This document shows, in pieces, positions 39,472 through 52,101 of a stretch of 64,000 bases of DNA; the stretch's first letter is position 1; every line of letters starts with the position of its first letter. The notes beneath the pieces are model-generated. The model worked only from the letters and a program-made list of their open reading frames with translations, made no database searches and was not told the DNA's origin. Location of the stretch: the NCBI GenBank assembly GCA_973895155.1, contig OZ316892.1:17536357-17600356 (forward strand), in the 5' to 3' direction. The position numbers and the translations under genes were made by a program. This DNA is from Marsupella aquatica. Its lineage: Eukaryota; Plantae; Marchantiophyta.

Positions 39472-40050
39472 TCATTCAGAATAATGCTCATTTCCAGCAA
39501 CGGTATGCGAGTCTGCAATGAGTGGCATCTGTGCAACGTACGTCGTGTAAAGCTCTACTCCTGCAGCGATGGGCCTTCTTGACCAGTCATGATAAAATTG
39601 CAAACGTCGTTTGGGATACTCGCTTGACTCGAATTCTCCCTCAAATCCCAACACACGTTGGCTCTCTCTTTCTACCATCTTGCTTTCTCTGGACGCTCTT
39701 GATGTATCCGGCAAGATTGGAGGGTCTGGTTCCTCCGTCAATCCAAACCTCTGCTGGGTTGGTTCACTTGATCGCAGTAGGTTAGCGTGCTACCGAATTT
39801 CAGGAAGGACTTTTGCAATTTGATGGAATGTGGCCTTTCCATATTCCGGTACTATGAAGGGGAAAAGATCATGTCCTTTGGGAATGGCATGAGCTGTGAA
39901 CAGCCCCATACCTTTATGGGGACCTAGATGAGACTTCTTGACGTGACACCAACCTTCCCAGACGAAAAAATTGGCGCCTGTGGGGTTGGCAGCCGCATTG
40001 CCTATTGGTAACCAAGCTTCTGAGGCATCTGACCCATCATTTGAGTCCAT
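39472..40050 (-). pseudogene. Intronless SET-domain pseudogene
   Basis: SET motifs in order across different frames: HVKKSHLGPHKGMGLFTAHAIPKG (ORF 39790-40050), then a stop, WIDG...NLAGYIKS (about 39695-39745), then RRPIAAGVELYTTY (about 39538-39580). Confidence 0.7.
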
Positions 40051-41384
40051 TACTAGTCCCGTGCCAAAGGCTGGGGCACTAAGGACGCGATTCTTCCATA
40101 GAATTTAAACCAGAACTGTAATGAAAACGGCAAGAAGGGGACCCATCCATAGGACCATTGTGTCCTATAGAAGCTGAAGATAGAATAGTCACGTAGTCTT
40201 AGAGACGCGTGAGCAATTGAACTCCTAAACTAGAAGAGTACCCAAGAAAATTGTTGGAGACGGCTTGACTACCTAGATGCGGCATGACCTTGGTTAACGG
40301 AGGACCAGTTCATTTATTACCTCCGAAAGTTTCCAGTTCTTTCTAGAAACACGCCAGAGCATAAAAGAAGGGAGTTCACAAGGAGAATAGAACGATTTCA
40401 TGCTTCTCAATCCCACGAGAAAAATTCAAGCATCCAAAACTGACACGGTTTTGAAGAGAATTAAAAGAGCTTCAACTTTTAAATTTCGTGATATTAATTG
40501 AAAAGAGCTGCGAGACTAGACGGGCAATTTGTTCAGTATTAGATCACAAGTAAAGGGTTCAAATACAGTTTTAAATCATCGGTACAAATAATGAACAAAA
40601 ATAACTCACACTAAAAACTCCAGGGGTCTACTCAATGGATCAAATTGACAGAGGCCTTCATTCGTGTAGAGTTCTCTCACATTTAGCCCCGGACTACCCC
40701 TCTAGGAGTAAAGGGTGTGGTCCAAAGCAGAAAACAGAGTTGCTGCGGTACCCGAGGATTGTATGCACTGACTAATGAATCCCTTTACAAAAACTGGAGT
40801 TGAAGGACAGTTCTTCACGGGACCATCTTGAACTCTGTCTCAACAGGACTGGTAGTCTAGGACCCTCAGATTCATAGTTCAGATCTGATCCACACTGAGA
40901 ATGTGCACTGGCACAATATCAAACCGATTCTAATCCTTCAACCCCACTTTTGCGACTGTGATCTCTTATATGCAATTTTGAGATCCTATGAACGCAGGAT
41001 ACAAATTTGAAAGACGCTTTACATCTTCGCCTTTGGATTATTTCCCACGTTAGCTGCAAAAATGTTTTGAAGTAAAACCACAGGAGCATGAAACTGAATC
41101 CGACCTTGAACCCTAAGGTTCATCACTGTTATAACCTCGCATTGCAACAGATTTCGACGAATTGTAGCTTATAAATTTTCAAGCCCTAGGACTCAAGAGG
41201 TTTAGGGTTTCAACCAGCAGACCCAGACAGAGCCATATAGTCAGTCCTACTTGCTTGCCATCTAAACGATCGTCTTCATACCGCGATTCGACTCAGTTCG
41301 TTCTCTTGAGATCGGAGAAGTGACATCAAGCGTGAATCGCTTGACAGCTCTCGACAGACAGAAATCGCAAGGCTGTCCTCGTAA

Positions 41385-41702
41385 TTACTCCTTGGCTTTC
41401 GGCTTCCTTTCCAGTCTCCGTTTCTTTGCCTCGGCTAGCATTTGAGGCATCTTCTCCATCAGCTCCACAGTTTTCGCTCGTTTTTGTTCGGCCAGACGGT
41501 CGACCTTGTGGCCCTTCATGCGAGTCTTCATTTCCTTTCGAGGGGCGTCATACGGCCACTCCCCGCCTGCGAGAAGAGTGTCCTTCCTCAGCTTGGCACG
41601 GTGCCGCGCACTGATGGCGAGAGGCTTCCATCTGCCGTTGGCCCAGTATCCATGCACGCCTTTCGCAAGCTCCGACGCCCACTTCGCCAACCCGGTTGCC
41701 AT
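41385..41702 (-). CDS. Mitochondrial ribosomal protein mL59 (MRPL25-like)
   Basis: GRWKPLAISARHRAKLRK, WPYD, MKGHKVDR, ELMEKMPQML pattern; small basic protein; ATG at 41702 follows a likely 5'UTR-intron acceptor. Confidence 0.85.
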   Translation of the reverse strand: MATGLAKWASELAKGVHGYWANGRWKPLAISARHRAKLRKDTLLAGGEWPYDAPRKEMKTRMKGHKVDRLAEQKRAKTVELMEKMPQMLAEAKKRRLERKPKAKE

Positions 41703-41929
41703 GTTCACCTGAACGCGAGCAATGAAAGACAATCTCCTCGCTTTCCAATCTCTCTCTCAAGCTTCCAAAAAGCAATGGATGTTTGCCAATTCTCGGTGTT
41801 TCCATCTTACGTGGGCACAAACGATTGACACTGTTCTTCGGATTCGGAAGGACAGAACCTTTACAGTGTCACACAACATTCCTGGAACCTTGTAGTGTCA
41901 TGACATTAAATGAGTTTATGTACACAGTA

Positions 41930-42350
41930 GCTATGGTAACCAAGGGAACCCAAGTCACTCAGTTGAATGAAGACTGGGGCGCTGCAGGGACAAAATACCT
42001 AACCCTGGTAACCAATCGTACCCAAGTCCTTGAGTTGAATGAGATCTCAGGCTGCTGCATGACAGAGTACCTAACCATGGTAACCAAGGGAACCCAAGTC
42101 CTTAAACCCCCACTAGCCAAGACAAAAACTTGGTTACACACATTTCACCATTTTTAGTACTTTTTCACAGAATTGTGGAGAAAAGTCAGGAGAGTAATGT
42201 GAAAAAGTGAGAAGTTTTGGACACTTCTCCTTTTATATGGTCAGTAGTGATTTAAGTTGAATGAGAAGGGAGGCCGCTCCATGGACTAAGCATTGTAACC
42301 ATGGGAGCCCAACTCCTTGAGTTGAATGAGAACTGAGGCTGCTGAGTGAA
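41930..42350. repeat. Tandem repeats (ggtaacca.ggga.cccaagtccttgagttgaatgag) interrupted by a MITE
   Basis: Four degenerate units; the third is split by the TTAA-flanked insert. Confidence 0.75.
42106..42251. mobile_element. TTAA-flanked short TIR element (same family as 3937-4069)
   Basis: TTAA at 42102-42105 and 42252-42255; removing it restores the host repeat cccaagtcc-ttaa-gttgaatgag; shares the core ggacacttctccttttatatgg with the intron copy. Confidence 0.75.
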
Positions 42351-42794
42351 CATAATAATGCGGAATCCATTGAAAACCTTCTCTCAGTGGTCAAAATGGA
42401 TGTTACATGTCATGTTAAAATGTAAAATGTGCAATGCTACTAAATTAAATCTTTAGTTTGTTTGCATCACAAGTTTTTCTGTCCATCCAAGCTTACAGTT
42501 TGTCAATTTTCACATTCTCTCAAGAAACAATGCCCAGATGGACCTCCCCATTTGCTGATATGTGGTGGGAGTCCTGGTTTCTCCTCAGCCCCCTGGTTGG
42601 TTTGCTCTGGGGTCCTGGGTCAACCCTCTCTCCCTCCTTCCCTTCCTTGTCTGATCTTGATCTCTGGGTATTGTCCCCCTGTGGCTACCTTACATAAAAT
42701 TGAATGCTCCCAAGCACGACAGGCCTGCTTTGGGCCTTCAAAGGGAAAACAAAGAGTAAAATAATGTGCAACAAAGACAATTCATTTGCCTTCT

Positions 42795-43760
42795 AAACTT
42801 GACAAGGTATATGCTTGATGGGACCCCTGCCAAAAGAAATTTACGTGATAGGCCATTATGAACTTTTGTTACAAACTAGGCCCCCCTCCAACACTTTTGT
42901 GTCAGATGTTCTTGTAAAGTTCCTATAAGGAGTTTTGGCTTGATATTATCAGCAATAAGAGCTACTGTAAAGTTTAGAGTCAAATCATGCTGAATGAAAA
43001 ACTACACCATTGAGGACCCACTGAGTAACGACAGCCATCGCACAAATTGCGAGTTCCTAAGTGAAGACAATAGGTTCATGTATTCAGGTTTGAATTTCGT
43101 CTTTAGGTTGCTTCACTAAACCTATGCGTAGGGTTGGCATGATGTTTTGACATTTCTCTCTATTATTCTGTCTAAGTATGGAATGAATCTCTACTTTTGG
43201 CCATTGGTCCCTATTGCAACATGTAAATAATGTCCAAGTGTGGAATGAAGACAAAATTTAGACCCCGAATTTGTGTAAGTATGGAAGGAACCAATGATCT
43301 TTTACTCTTGACTGTTTTCACTTGTTGTAACTTTCAAAAATTTTCTTAGTGTGAAACAAAGACACCATGGACTCAATCATAAAGGGAAATTTTGCTAGCC
43401 TGCAAGACCTAGATTAAATGTTTACTTAGACTAATGTTGTACGAAACCACTATCCTGTAGCGGTGGATACCTTAAAACTCTATGATCATGTGAAGACATA
43501 ATCCATTATGTCTTCAAGTATAGGCATACGCGCGGTGGACTGTGACACATTGTGCCATGGATTGTGGTGGGAAATGTAAGGTTGACCATGCATTAAAGCA
43601 TCACATAAGAACCATGTATACGAAACCTATGAAGGGGCCTTGTTGGTAACAACATTTTTGTGGGGGACCTAGTTTGTAACAAAAATTTAGTAGGGGCTTG
43701 TTATATAAATTTGTTTTGACAAGGTCCATCAATCAGATATTTAGAAACAGTCGAGATTTT
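42795..43760. mobile_element. Non-autonomous element with about 110-bp diverged terminal inverted repeats (MULE-like)
   Basis: ttttgttacaaactaggcccccc (about 42865) versus gggggacctagtttgtaacaaaaa (about 43662), with flanking similarity; TSD not resolved. Confidence 0.5.
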
Positions 43761-45136
43761 TTTTGTTTTGTTGACAAGGTCCCATCAATCATATATTTAC
43801 AAGAGTCAAGAATTTTTTTGTTTTGTTAACTTGACAGTCCAAGATTTTTTGTTTGTTTTGGCAAGGGTCCATACATCCTCGAACTTGACCGTCAAGAAAT
43901 AAAAAACGTAATTGTGTCGCGCGCACTTTGGCAGGGGAGGACTCCGCACGCCAGTTGATTCTGCCATGATTGTGTACCGTCAGGGCATGGTCAAACTTTA
44001 GCTACTCAGAGGGGTGATCGCAGCAAACGTGCATTCTCAAGCTTGGAGTTCTGCTTTCCTTTACAGACAGTACTTCGTTTGGCATAGTTACTTAGGACCT
44101 CTCAAGACCTCTCAGAACAGTCTTCCAAGGTTGAGAAGCAGATAGTCCCGGGGAATTGTCACTGTCCTGTTAATGGTGGCAGGAGCAGCGGTGTTTGCGC
44201 AGTTTTGTGACTCCATCTTGCCTTCATACTGCCATCAGAACGGTCTTCCAAGTTGAGAAGCATGGATTGGGGAATAAGTGTCCAAATTCTGTCCCCGTGG
44301 ATGGTGGCAGCAGCAGCCGTGGTTGCGCTTGCCTGTTCTGGTATTTCATTTCTCCAGAAAGGTGAGCTGAAAATTAAACGCTCCTTTCAATTGCTCAGGA
44401 TGTCCTCAAAACAAAGGGCTTAATTACATTCCTCAGTTATAAGAAATGTCCAGAGTCACAGGCACGTACCCAAGACTACTCATTCAAGTCTTTCTTTGAT
44501 TCTCGTAGTCTACAGATAACTCTTTCTTGGTTTTTAGGGGTTTCCTTTTGCTCACTTCTTTTAGTTCCTCTTTCTTGGTTTTTAGGGTTTCTTTTTGCTC
44601 ACTTCTTTTGCGTTTGGTTTTGTCCACTTGGGACCTCTCTTGTTTATTCTTTTGTACTCTATTTGGCCTTTTTCTATATAAAGTATGTATATATTCTCAT
44701 AACGTTGGCCAAAGTTTGTTTGGGGGAATATTATACGCGTTAGTCCATGGGGAAAGGGAAGATAGTACCTCGCCCATCATGGAAAAGTCTCGCTTTGATT
44801 GAGTGCAGTTCTCCTCTGTACATATTGTCTATCTGGTCGGTTCTAAGTGGCTATAAATGTTAGCTGCGCGCTCTTCAGCTATTCAGTAAGGAGATGAATG
44901 CCTCCACTGATCATGTTATCGACTCTTCAGCTCTTCAAAGAGTAAATTTCTGAATTCTCCTCCATAACCACTGTAATCGAACTCCTTCGCAAGATTCTCC
45001 TATTAATTACACAATTTCCCTAAACCCTAAACCGAAACGCCGTATATTTACGTTGCATGCTCCGCTTCGAATTCGAGTCTCTTCTACAGTAGTAAGACAG
45101 GGTGACTGAAAGAAGTACGATATTGCACTGGCTGCA

Positions 45137-46645
45137 GTGCTTATTGGATTGACTGCAGTGCTTATCGCGTTGGCTGCCCGATTGGCGGCAGCATTTATCA
45201 AGGAGAGGGTAACACCCAAGGACTTCAGCTCTCCTACTATAGATAATCCAGCTCCGGGTATAACAGAGGAGGTCAGTGATCAATCATCCTGCGTAACTTC
45301 AATGGCATTTTGTTTCCTATCCTGCGCTCAAAAGGTGCCTTTAAAGTAGGTAAGCTTTGTAATTGTTTTCGTACGTGATTTTCGTGATTAAGGAACTTGA
45401 GAATTTCTTCAATTACTTGACTTCATCTCCATATCGAAGATTTTATATCTGTCTTTCGCATAGGAATCAATCTCAACAATCTGTCGATGATATAGAAGTC
45501 TCGATTTTATCATCACTTAGTTTGCAATTGAAACTGACATGTCAATGTTGTTTTCTCCAGGTGGAGCCCCGGGTGAAGCCTCTCAATAGATCCGTATATG
45601 AACTTTACGTTCCTACTGATGACGATGGAAATCCTATTCCTCCAGAGATGGAGATCATATTCTTTCACGGCCTTCAGTTGGGCGATTTCAAAGAGGCGTA
45701 CTGGAAGACTTGGCTCGGCAACTGCCAGGGCCAGGTGATTTGGCCACAATATTGGCTCACAATGGTGTTTCCTAAGGCGCGGATACTATCTATCACTTAC
45801 AATTCTAGTGCAATTCACATCGATGGTCAAAACGATGTGCATGACCTAGGTAGATGCTTGGTTGACGATATCATACTTGATCGTCACCATATAATCGGCC
45901 AGCACTGCCCAGTGTTTCTTGTAGGCCATAGTTTGGGGGGCCTTGTAATCAAACAATTTATCCTGTCTGCCATTGCAAGAGCAAATGCTCTATCCCCTAA
46001 CAAAAACGAGGAAGACTTCAACAAGATTAATCGATTTCTTGAAAATTTTAAAGGGCTCTTCTACTATGCTACCCCACATGGAGGTTCTAAGATAGCGGAC
46101 CTCATTACGAAACTTCCTTTCGACAGTCCTATTCTACATCTTCTCAAGACGCTTTATGTTCGGAGAGGAAGGATCAATGAAGAGTTCAGACAGCATCGCA
46201 CTAATCGGAATGTCCGGGCATTCGCAATGGCGGAAGGTCGTCCCACAAGCCATAAGGTAGCTCTAGCTTGTACACAATTTCTGTGCCAGGATTCTGCTCA
46301 AGGGTCACTCAGTTGATTTCACAACTGCCGATGACAGAATATTGATTCCGGCAATGCTTAACCTGGAGGTTGAAATCTGTACCATTGGCCCATCGTCAGT
46401 TGTTGCAGGGATTTAGTTCCATAGTCGTGGAAGAGGCATCCGCTCGACAAGACGTTGACGATTTTTACACTCATACGGAAGCCGATCATTTTACCGTCTG
46501 TAAGGCAAAGCGGAAGAGTGATCCAGTAGTCATCGGAAAGCTCGTACAATTTATCTCTGATGCAATTCGGGAGCTGGGGCCGGAGGGTTCAAGCTTGTTC
46601 GAGCGCAGGGTCCTCGTACGCACGATGACCATCCTTGACATTTAG
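45137..46645 (+). CDS. Alpha/beta-hydrolase (SERAC1/PGAP1-like, HNL N-terminal type), copy 1
   Basis: Exons about 45137-45270 (hydrophobic segment; start codon not resolved), 45561-46256 and 46409-46645 (or spliced onward at about 46609). Motifs IIFFHGL, WPQYWL..FPKARILSITY, VFLVGHSLGGLVIKQ, FYYATPHGGS, ADHFTVCK. Confidence 0.8.
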
Positions 46646-46865
46646 ATTCATTTGGTCTCGTTTGTCTGTTCTAGGCTAGTGTGCTAATGGTGAAGCCAAA
46701 AATCGTTCCATAACACTTCTCATGTGATGCGTGATGGGAGCGAGCGTAAGTTTTTCATTGTGACTATCTCTCCACTTTTACTTGAGTACGGTGCATTTGT
46801 ATTAAGCATTATTTCCAGTTAATTGTTCGACTACGAAGTCTCTAAAGTTCCTCTTCAATGTACAG

Positions 46866-48109
46866 GAGGACGCGGAGGTAAGGGATGACGATCGGGGAAT
46901 ACATCAGCTCAACGACTCAGTTTGGGAACTTCACAGTCCAAGCGGGGCCTATGAGATGGAAATAATATTCTTCCACGGTCTTCCGGAGGATGATCGATTG
47001 GGGGCGTTCCAACATGCATATTGGACGACATGGTTGTCCAACACGAAGGACAAAACTTACAAGTAAACTGGCCAAAAGCATGGCTCAGCAAGGTGTTTCC
47101 TGAGGCACGAATACTATCCATCTCGTACAATTCTAGTGTGACGGAAGTTTTAGGTCAACCGGACATGTATGTTCTGGGGGAAAATCTGGTCAGCGATATC
47201 ATACGGGACACAAATTACGATATTGGTCAGAATTGCCCAGTGTTCTTGGTAGGCCACTGTGTGGGAGGGATTGTCATTCAACAATTTATTCTGTCTGCTT
47301 TTGCTAAAAAAGTTTTGCTGCACCCGAAAAGCTACGGACGAGACGTCAGTAGAATTGAAACTTTCCTGAAAAACTTAAGGGGAGTGTTTTACTTTGGTTC
47401 TCCCCATGGAGGTTCTGAAAAGATAGGAACGGCTCTGGAAAAAAGCAACACACGGAGTCCAATCCTAGGACTTCTCAATACGCTTTACAAGCAGAAGTCC
47501 ACGATCCACGAGGAATTTAACCTGCACTTCAAAAAGTTGAAAGCAAAAGCAATCGCGGTGGCGGAGGGTAAGGAGACGAAGTATTTGGTGAGTCAAACTT
47601 ACCCATTTCAAGTTCCAATTCACCCAAGGTGTTGTTTGTTTGCTAGCTGAGCTGAGCTGCAGATCCATTTCAAAGCAGACTCGACACAATTGACTGGTTT
47701 TGCAAATATGTGTTTGCAGATCCATTTCAAAGCAGACTCGACACAATTGACTGGTTTTGCAAATATGTGTTTGCAGGGGATTAGAACCACAATAGTGACA
47801 ACGAAATCAGCTTTCCTTGGCGTTGATAATGCAAGTAATTATAGAAATGCTGCAGCTGATCATTTCTCAGTTTGCAAAGCAGAAAGTAAGAACGATTCTG
47901 CAGTGATTGGAAAGCTTACTGCCTTCATAATTGAGGCCATGCCAGGACAAACTGGATCGCGAAGTGACAGCGTCGCAACCCCTGAGCTGGAAATTCCACA
48001 GTTCATGGGCGGATGGGATTGCACTAGTCCAGGTCAACAGTCAAACTACTATAAGTGCGATGTGTGTGGAATACCTGACGGTCATTCGTGTATGTATCAC
48101 AGGTTTTAG
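46866..48109 (+). pseudogene. Alpha/beta-hydrolase copy 2, frameshifted, nucleophile Ser->Cys
   Basis: From acceptor 46866 it reads EDAEVR..MEIIFFHGL..AYWTTWLSN, then shifts frame at about 47043 into EGQNLQVNWPKAWL..GHCVGG..FGSPHGGS; donor at 47587; last exon 47777-48109 (ADHFSVCK...CDVCGIPDGHSC). Confidence 0.72.
47661..47776 (+). repeat. 57-bp tandem duplication of an intron 3' end
   Basis: atccatttcaaagcagactcgacacaattgactggttttgcaaatatgtgtttgcag occurs twice. Confidence 0.95.
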
Positions 48110-49760
48110 TTGAAATAGGTCAAGATGTTGTTGAAAGAAAAAAATTTAGTGTCGGCCAAGAGGTCATGGAGAGAAAAGATGTCATGTCGGCCAAGCGGTC
48201 GTTGAGAGAAAATAAATGTCATGGAGAGAAAAGATGTCGTGTCAGCCAAGCGATCGTTGAGAGAAAATAAATTTTTGAGAAAAAAAGATGTTGTGTCGGC
48301 CAAGAAATCATTGAGAAAAAAAATGTCGTTAAAAAAAATTTATAGTGTCGATCAAGATATCGTTGAGAAAAAAGATATCGTGTTAGAAAAGCATGGGTCA
48401 TTGCAAAACTTGTTAATAAAGAAGAAATCATTTTGTCAAAGATGTCATTATGTGAAATATGCTATTAAATCGCAAATACGGGTATAAGGGGCTCTGGGTT
48501 ACTCGGAGTCCTCATTCTCAAGTGCATCCAACACTTGAAACAACGGGCAGCACAGCAGCGCCTCTCTTGAGTCATTCGATTTGCATTGAAAGCTGCACTT
48601 ACCCTCAGTCATCAGATCAGATCTATGGCTCAAATGGTAGGTCTCGTTGAGATCTACATCTGTGAAAAAAGTAGACAAAATGGTTGGATATTTTGCGAGA
48701 AATAACAAAAAAACAAACAGGGCAATCTGATTGGCCGAATTTGAAATTTGAGTTTCAAGGGGAAGGGTCGATCTGAGCCGTCTGCATTTCTTGTCTCCAT
48801 AAATCTCGTTCGTCCATCATAGTGGCCAATCTATGGCTCAAAAGAAAGATCTCAAAGAGATCTATGGATGGGTTTTGTCCGTTTTGTAAATGGGTTAATA
48901 TTTTTCAAATGAAAAATAAAACAAATCCAAGCCTTCTTAGCTGTAGATTTTGTTTATTTTTAATCTTTACCGTCCATTTTGTAATGCCTCTAGAAATCTT
49001 ATTGATCCATGTTAGAAGATGATCTAGGGTACAAAATAAAGATCTCAATGAGATCTACGACTGGGTATTTTTTGTTTTGAAAATGAATAAATAGTTTTGA
49101 GTATAAAATTTGGTGAACTTTCAAGTTTCCAGCCATTCCTCCTCCCCGATCTTGGGTTTTTATGCGCCCTTCCAAGCATTAATGGCCGTACAATACGAGA
49201 GGTCTTTATATACCGGGAGTTGCGGTTTAAGAAAAAAATATCATTTTTGCCAAAGATATCGTGAAATAAAAAATATTATAAGAAAAAATGTGTCATTTCA
49301 CTCAAGTCATTGTTATGTAAAAGATGTCATGAAACAAAAAGTAAATGAGAAAAAGAGTGTCTTTTTTGTTTTATTTTTTTCCCAAAGTGCCCATGCATTT
49401 GAATGGCGACCACTCTATAAATTGGCACAACATTATATTATCGATTTCAAGTTTAGGGATTTAGGGTTTAGCAAAGATGACCATTATGTCGGTATCCCTT
49501 CAATCCCCGTGCGTTGCATAAAAGATGTTATTTGGTAAAAAATGTTGTTGAGAAATAGATAGTGGTGCAAAAAATATCGTTGAATAACAAAAAATTATTA
49601 AAATATATTATTGCACAAAAACTTTTGTTGAGTGAAAGATGTTATTGTGCAAAATAACAACTATGGTAGCCACAAAAGTTCTTTTTTCTTCTTTTTTCTG
49701 TTTTCTCCTTGCACAAAAAAATTATTGAATAAAAGATATCATTTCACAAAAGATTGGCTA
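48110..49760. repeat. Degenerate A-rich tandem repeats (gttgagaaaaaagatgtcgtgtcggccaag-like) with a nested insertion at about 48469-49226
   Basis: Repeated motif at 48120-48460 resumes after 49230; the insert is bounded by TTAA and imperfect TIRs. Confidence 0.65.
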
Positions 49761-49888
49761 TGACAACCTCAAAAGTATAACAAAATGAGAGGTTTTTTTC
49801 TCCCTTTTTTTCTCTTATGTTCCTTTTAAACCTTAATTTCCTCATTTTCCTATTTTTGGTCTTCTCTTTCTCTCATTCACCATCACTC

Positions 49889-50232
49889 TGTTAGGATTTA
49901 TTCTTAGATTTAGAGTTACTACTATACCGTAGTTAAGGCTAACTTAGTCACATACTTGGTTAAGTTAGTCATGTTGTGCACACTCTATAACCAAGCGGTG
50001 TTTGCTTGGAGAGTGGGAACTCAGACTCATTGTTACGGAGCTAGTTGAGAGATAGAAAGAGCTTGCGCTGTGGATGCTTGGTATGGCCGATCAGCATAGA
50101 GTGCAATAAAGCTCATGTGTGTTCCCGTGGATGTAGCCTCATGTGGAGGTGAACCACGTATCTCTCTGTGTTGACTCTTGTACGTTGGATGGTTCATGGG
50201 CTTGCCATTGCAATTGTCGTCTATGCTCAACA
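49889..50232 (+). mobile_element. Solo LTR, 344 bp
   Basis: TGTTAG...TCAACA termini; perfect TSD CACTC at 49884-49888 and 50233-50237; homologous to 20104-20447. Confidence 0.9.
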
Positions 50233-52101
50233 CACTCCACTCGTTCACCCCACCCCCCCCTCCCCATCCATGCAAGACTGGAGCTCTTTGAGGGGCTGCC
50301 CTACATTGCGAGTGTGCCCCTTGCCCAACACCTTGCCATCAACGCCCATGCCATGCGCTTGACTATGTCTTTGGGCCTTATTACTTTTGTTTTTGGTATT
50401 GAAAATGACACTGCAAATTAGTTCGTGGAACCCCTAGCTACATTTTTTAGGCCTTGTTTGAGCTTGCGTTTTGAGAGGCTAATATGGTCCATACAAGGGT
50501 CCATAATGCTCTAATAGCACAATTAAAACACTTAAGATCTATGAGATATTTTCACTAATTTTGGAACATTAATTAATAAACCCAACCCAATACACATTTT
50601 TGTTTACATTAGTTGATTTGGGCATTGGATGGCACTATATTTGACCACTAAATTGCCCTGGGCACTCATATTTGAGTTGAGAAGGCTACCGGTCTCTAGA
50701 TCAATTGAGAAATCTGCTTTTCTCAGCAAGGAACACTAAGCTTTCTAGTAGCTAAGTCCTCTTTGTAGAATATTTGTCACCTGATTTGTCTATGTATTTT
50801 CAAATTATTGGAAATTCTGAAGATGTCACTAAAGTCTCCATTTGGCAAGTTTTGAATTAGAGGTTAATAGCCTCATGACCTTGACGCAACTATTCACCAA
50901 ATGAAGAAGGGTAGCGCTTAAGCTTTCAAAAGAGAGAAGTCTGATTAGGAAGAGAAGCTGTTGGACAAATATGATAGATTTTATAGCTTGTATTGTTTAG
51001 ATTAGATTAGATTTTCTCACGAAATCAATTGTGGACCCATTCAGCCATGGCCTGAGCATTTTGACATTTTTTCAACTGCCACATGAATACTTTGCTTTGC
51101 AGGCCAAAGTTGACAGCATGGTTATCACAAGGAGTTACTTATCAAAATCAGGCCTTGTTGCTACATGCAACCAAATTCTCAAGCTACAAGAGTCAATAAT
51201 TAGTCAATCTGTGGCAAGTCCATTTGAAACCAGATCAATGTCTGATCAAATGAATTGTATCAATTCATTGAATTCAAGTTCCGACCATGGCTAGCAATTT
51301 GCCTGAATTGCAAAAGGCCAAAAATCTTACTCCATATGCCAATTACCCTTTAACAAAGAAGTTATCAAGTTATCAAGTTAGTTATTAGTCATTGCATGTT
51401 TACTATATGAAAAATATTTTTTAAATCTTTGAATTTAAGTTTGAAAATTGGATACGTAACTAAAACGGTTACATAGTGACAGTTTTACCCGTCTTGCTCT
51501 TTGTATTTTTAAGTTTTTACATTTCTTTTTACGGCATGGCATCCCAAAATTTACACCCAAATTGACGCAAACAAGAATGAAAACTGGAAGTTTGATTCAC
51601 AAAAATGATGAGTCTTGTTTGTTGCGGTTGTTGTTGACGTGGCACACTCTGGTGCCAGGAATTTTGGAAGGTCCCTCTCATGGGGTCAGTAATGACTATA
51701 AATTACCACAAATATCAGGAGAATAATTTGTTTGTCTATCTAGTGACTAAAATATTATTAAAAATTAAATTACTTTTACCACTATTACACAAAATTACCT
51801 TACACACAATATTGAATATGTACAATACTTACTTGCATGGATCATGGAGTGAGTATACTCCTTAGTCCTTGGTGCATTGTGTTAAAGTCTTTCAATTTTG
51901 TTTTGGTGTGTCATGTGATTATTCTTGCTTGTCTTGGGCACTGGTGCAACTTTTTGTGAGTCACATTAAACTCAATTCACACTTTGGCTTTATTGCTTAC
52001 CTATGACCAGATTTTTTAGTTTTTGTGCCTTGCAAATTTGAATGACTACCACTATAAAAAGTGGCACAAGTGTGTATTATAGTTTAAGATTTCCCCACCG
52101 G

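Noticed and set aside
9324-41702. Apparent cluster of organelle-targeted genes (TyrRS, FtsH, mL59)
   Set aside because: They are separated by unrelated genes and repeats, and such genes are common enough for chance co-occurrence.
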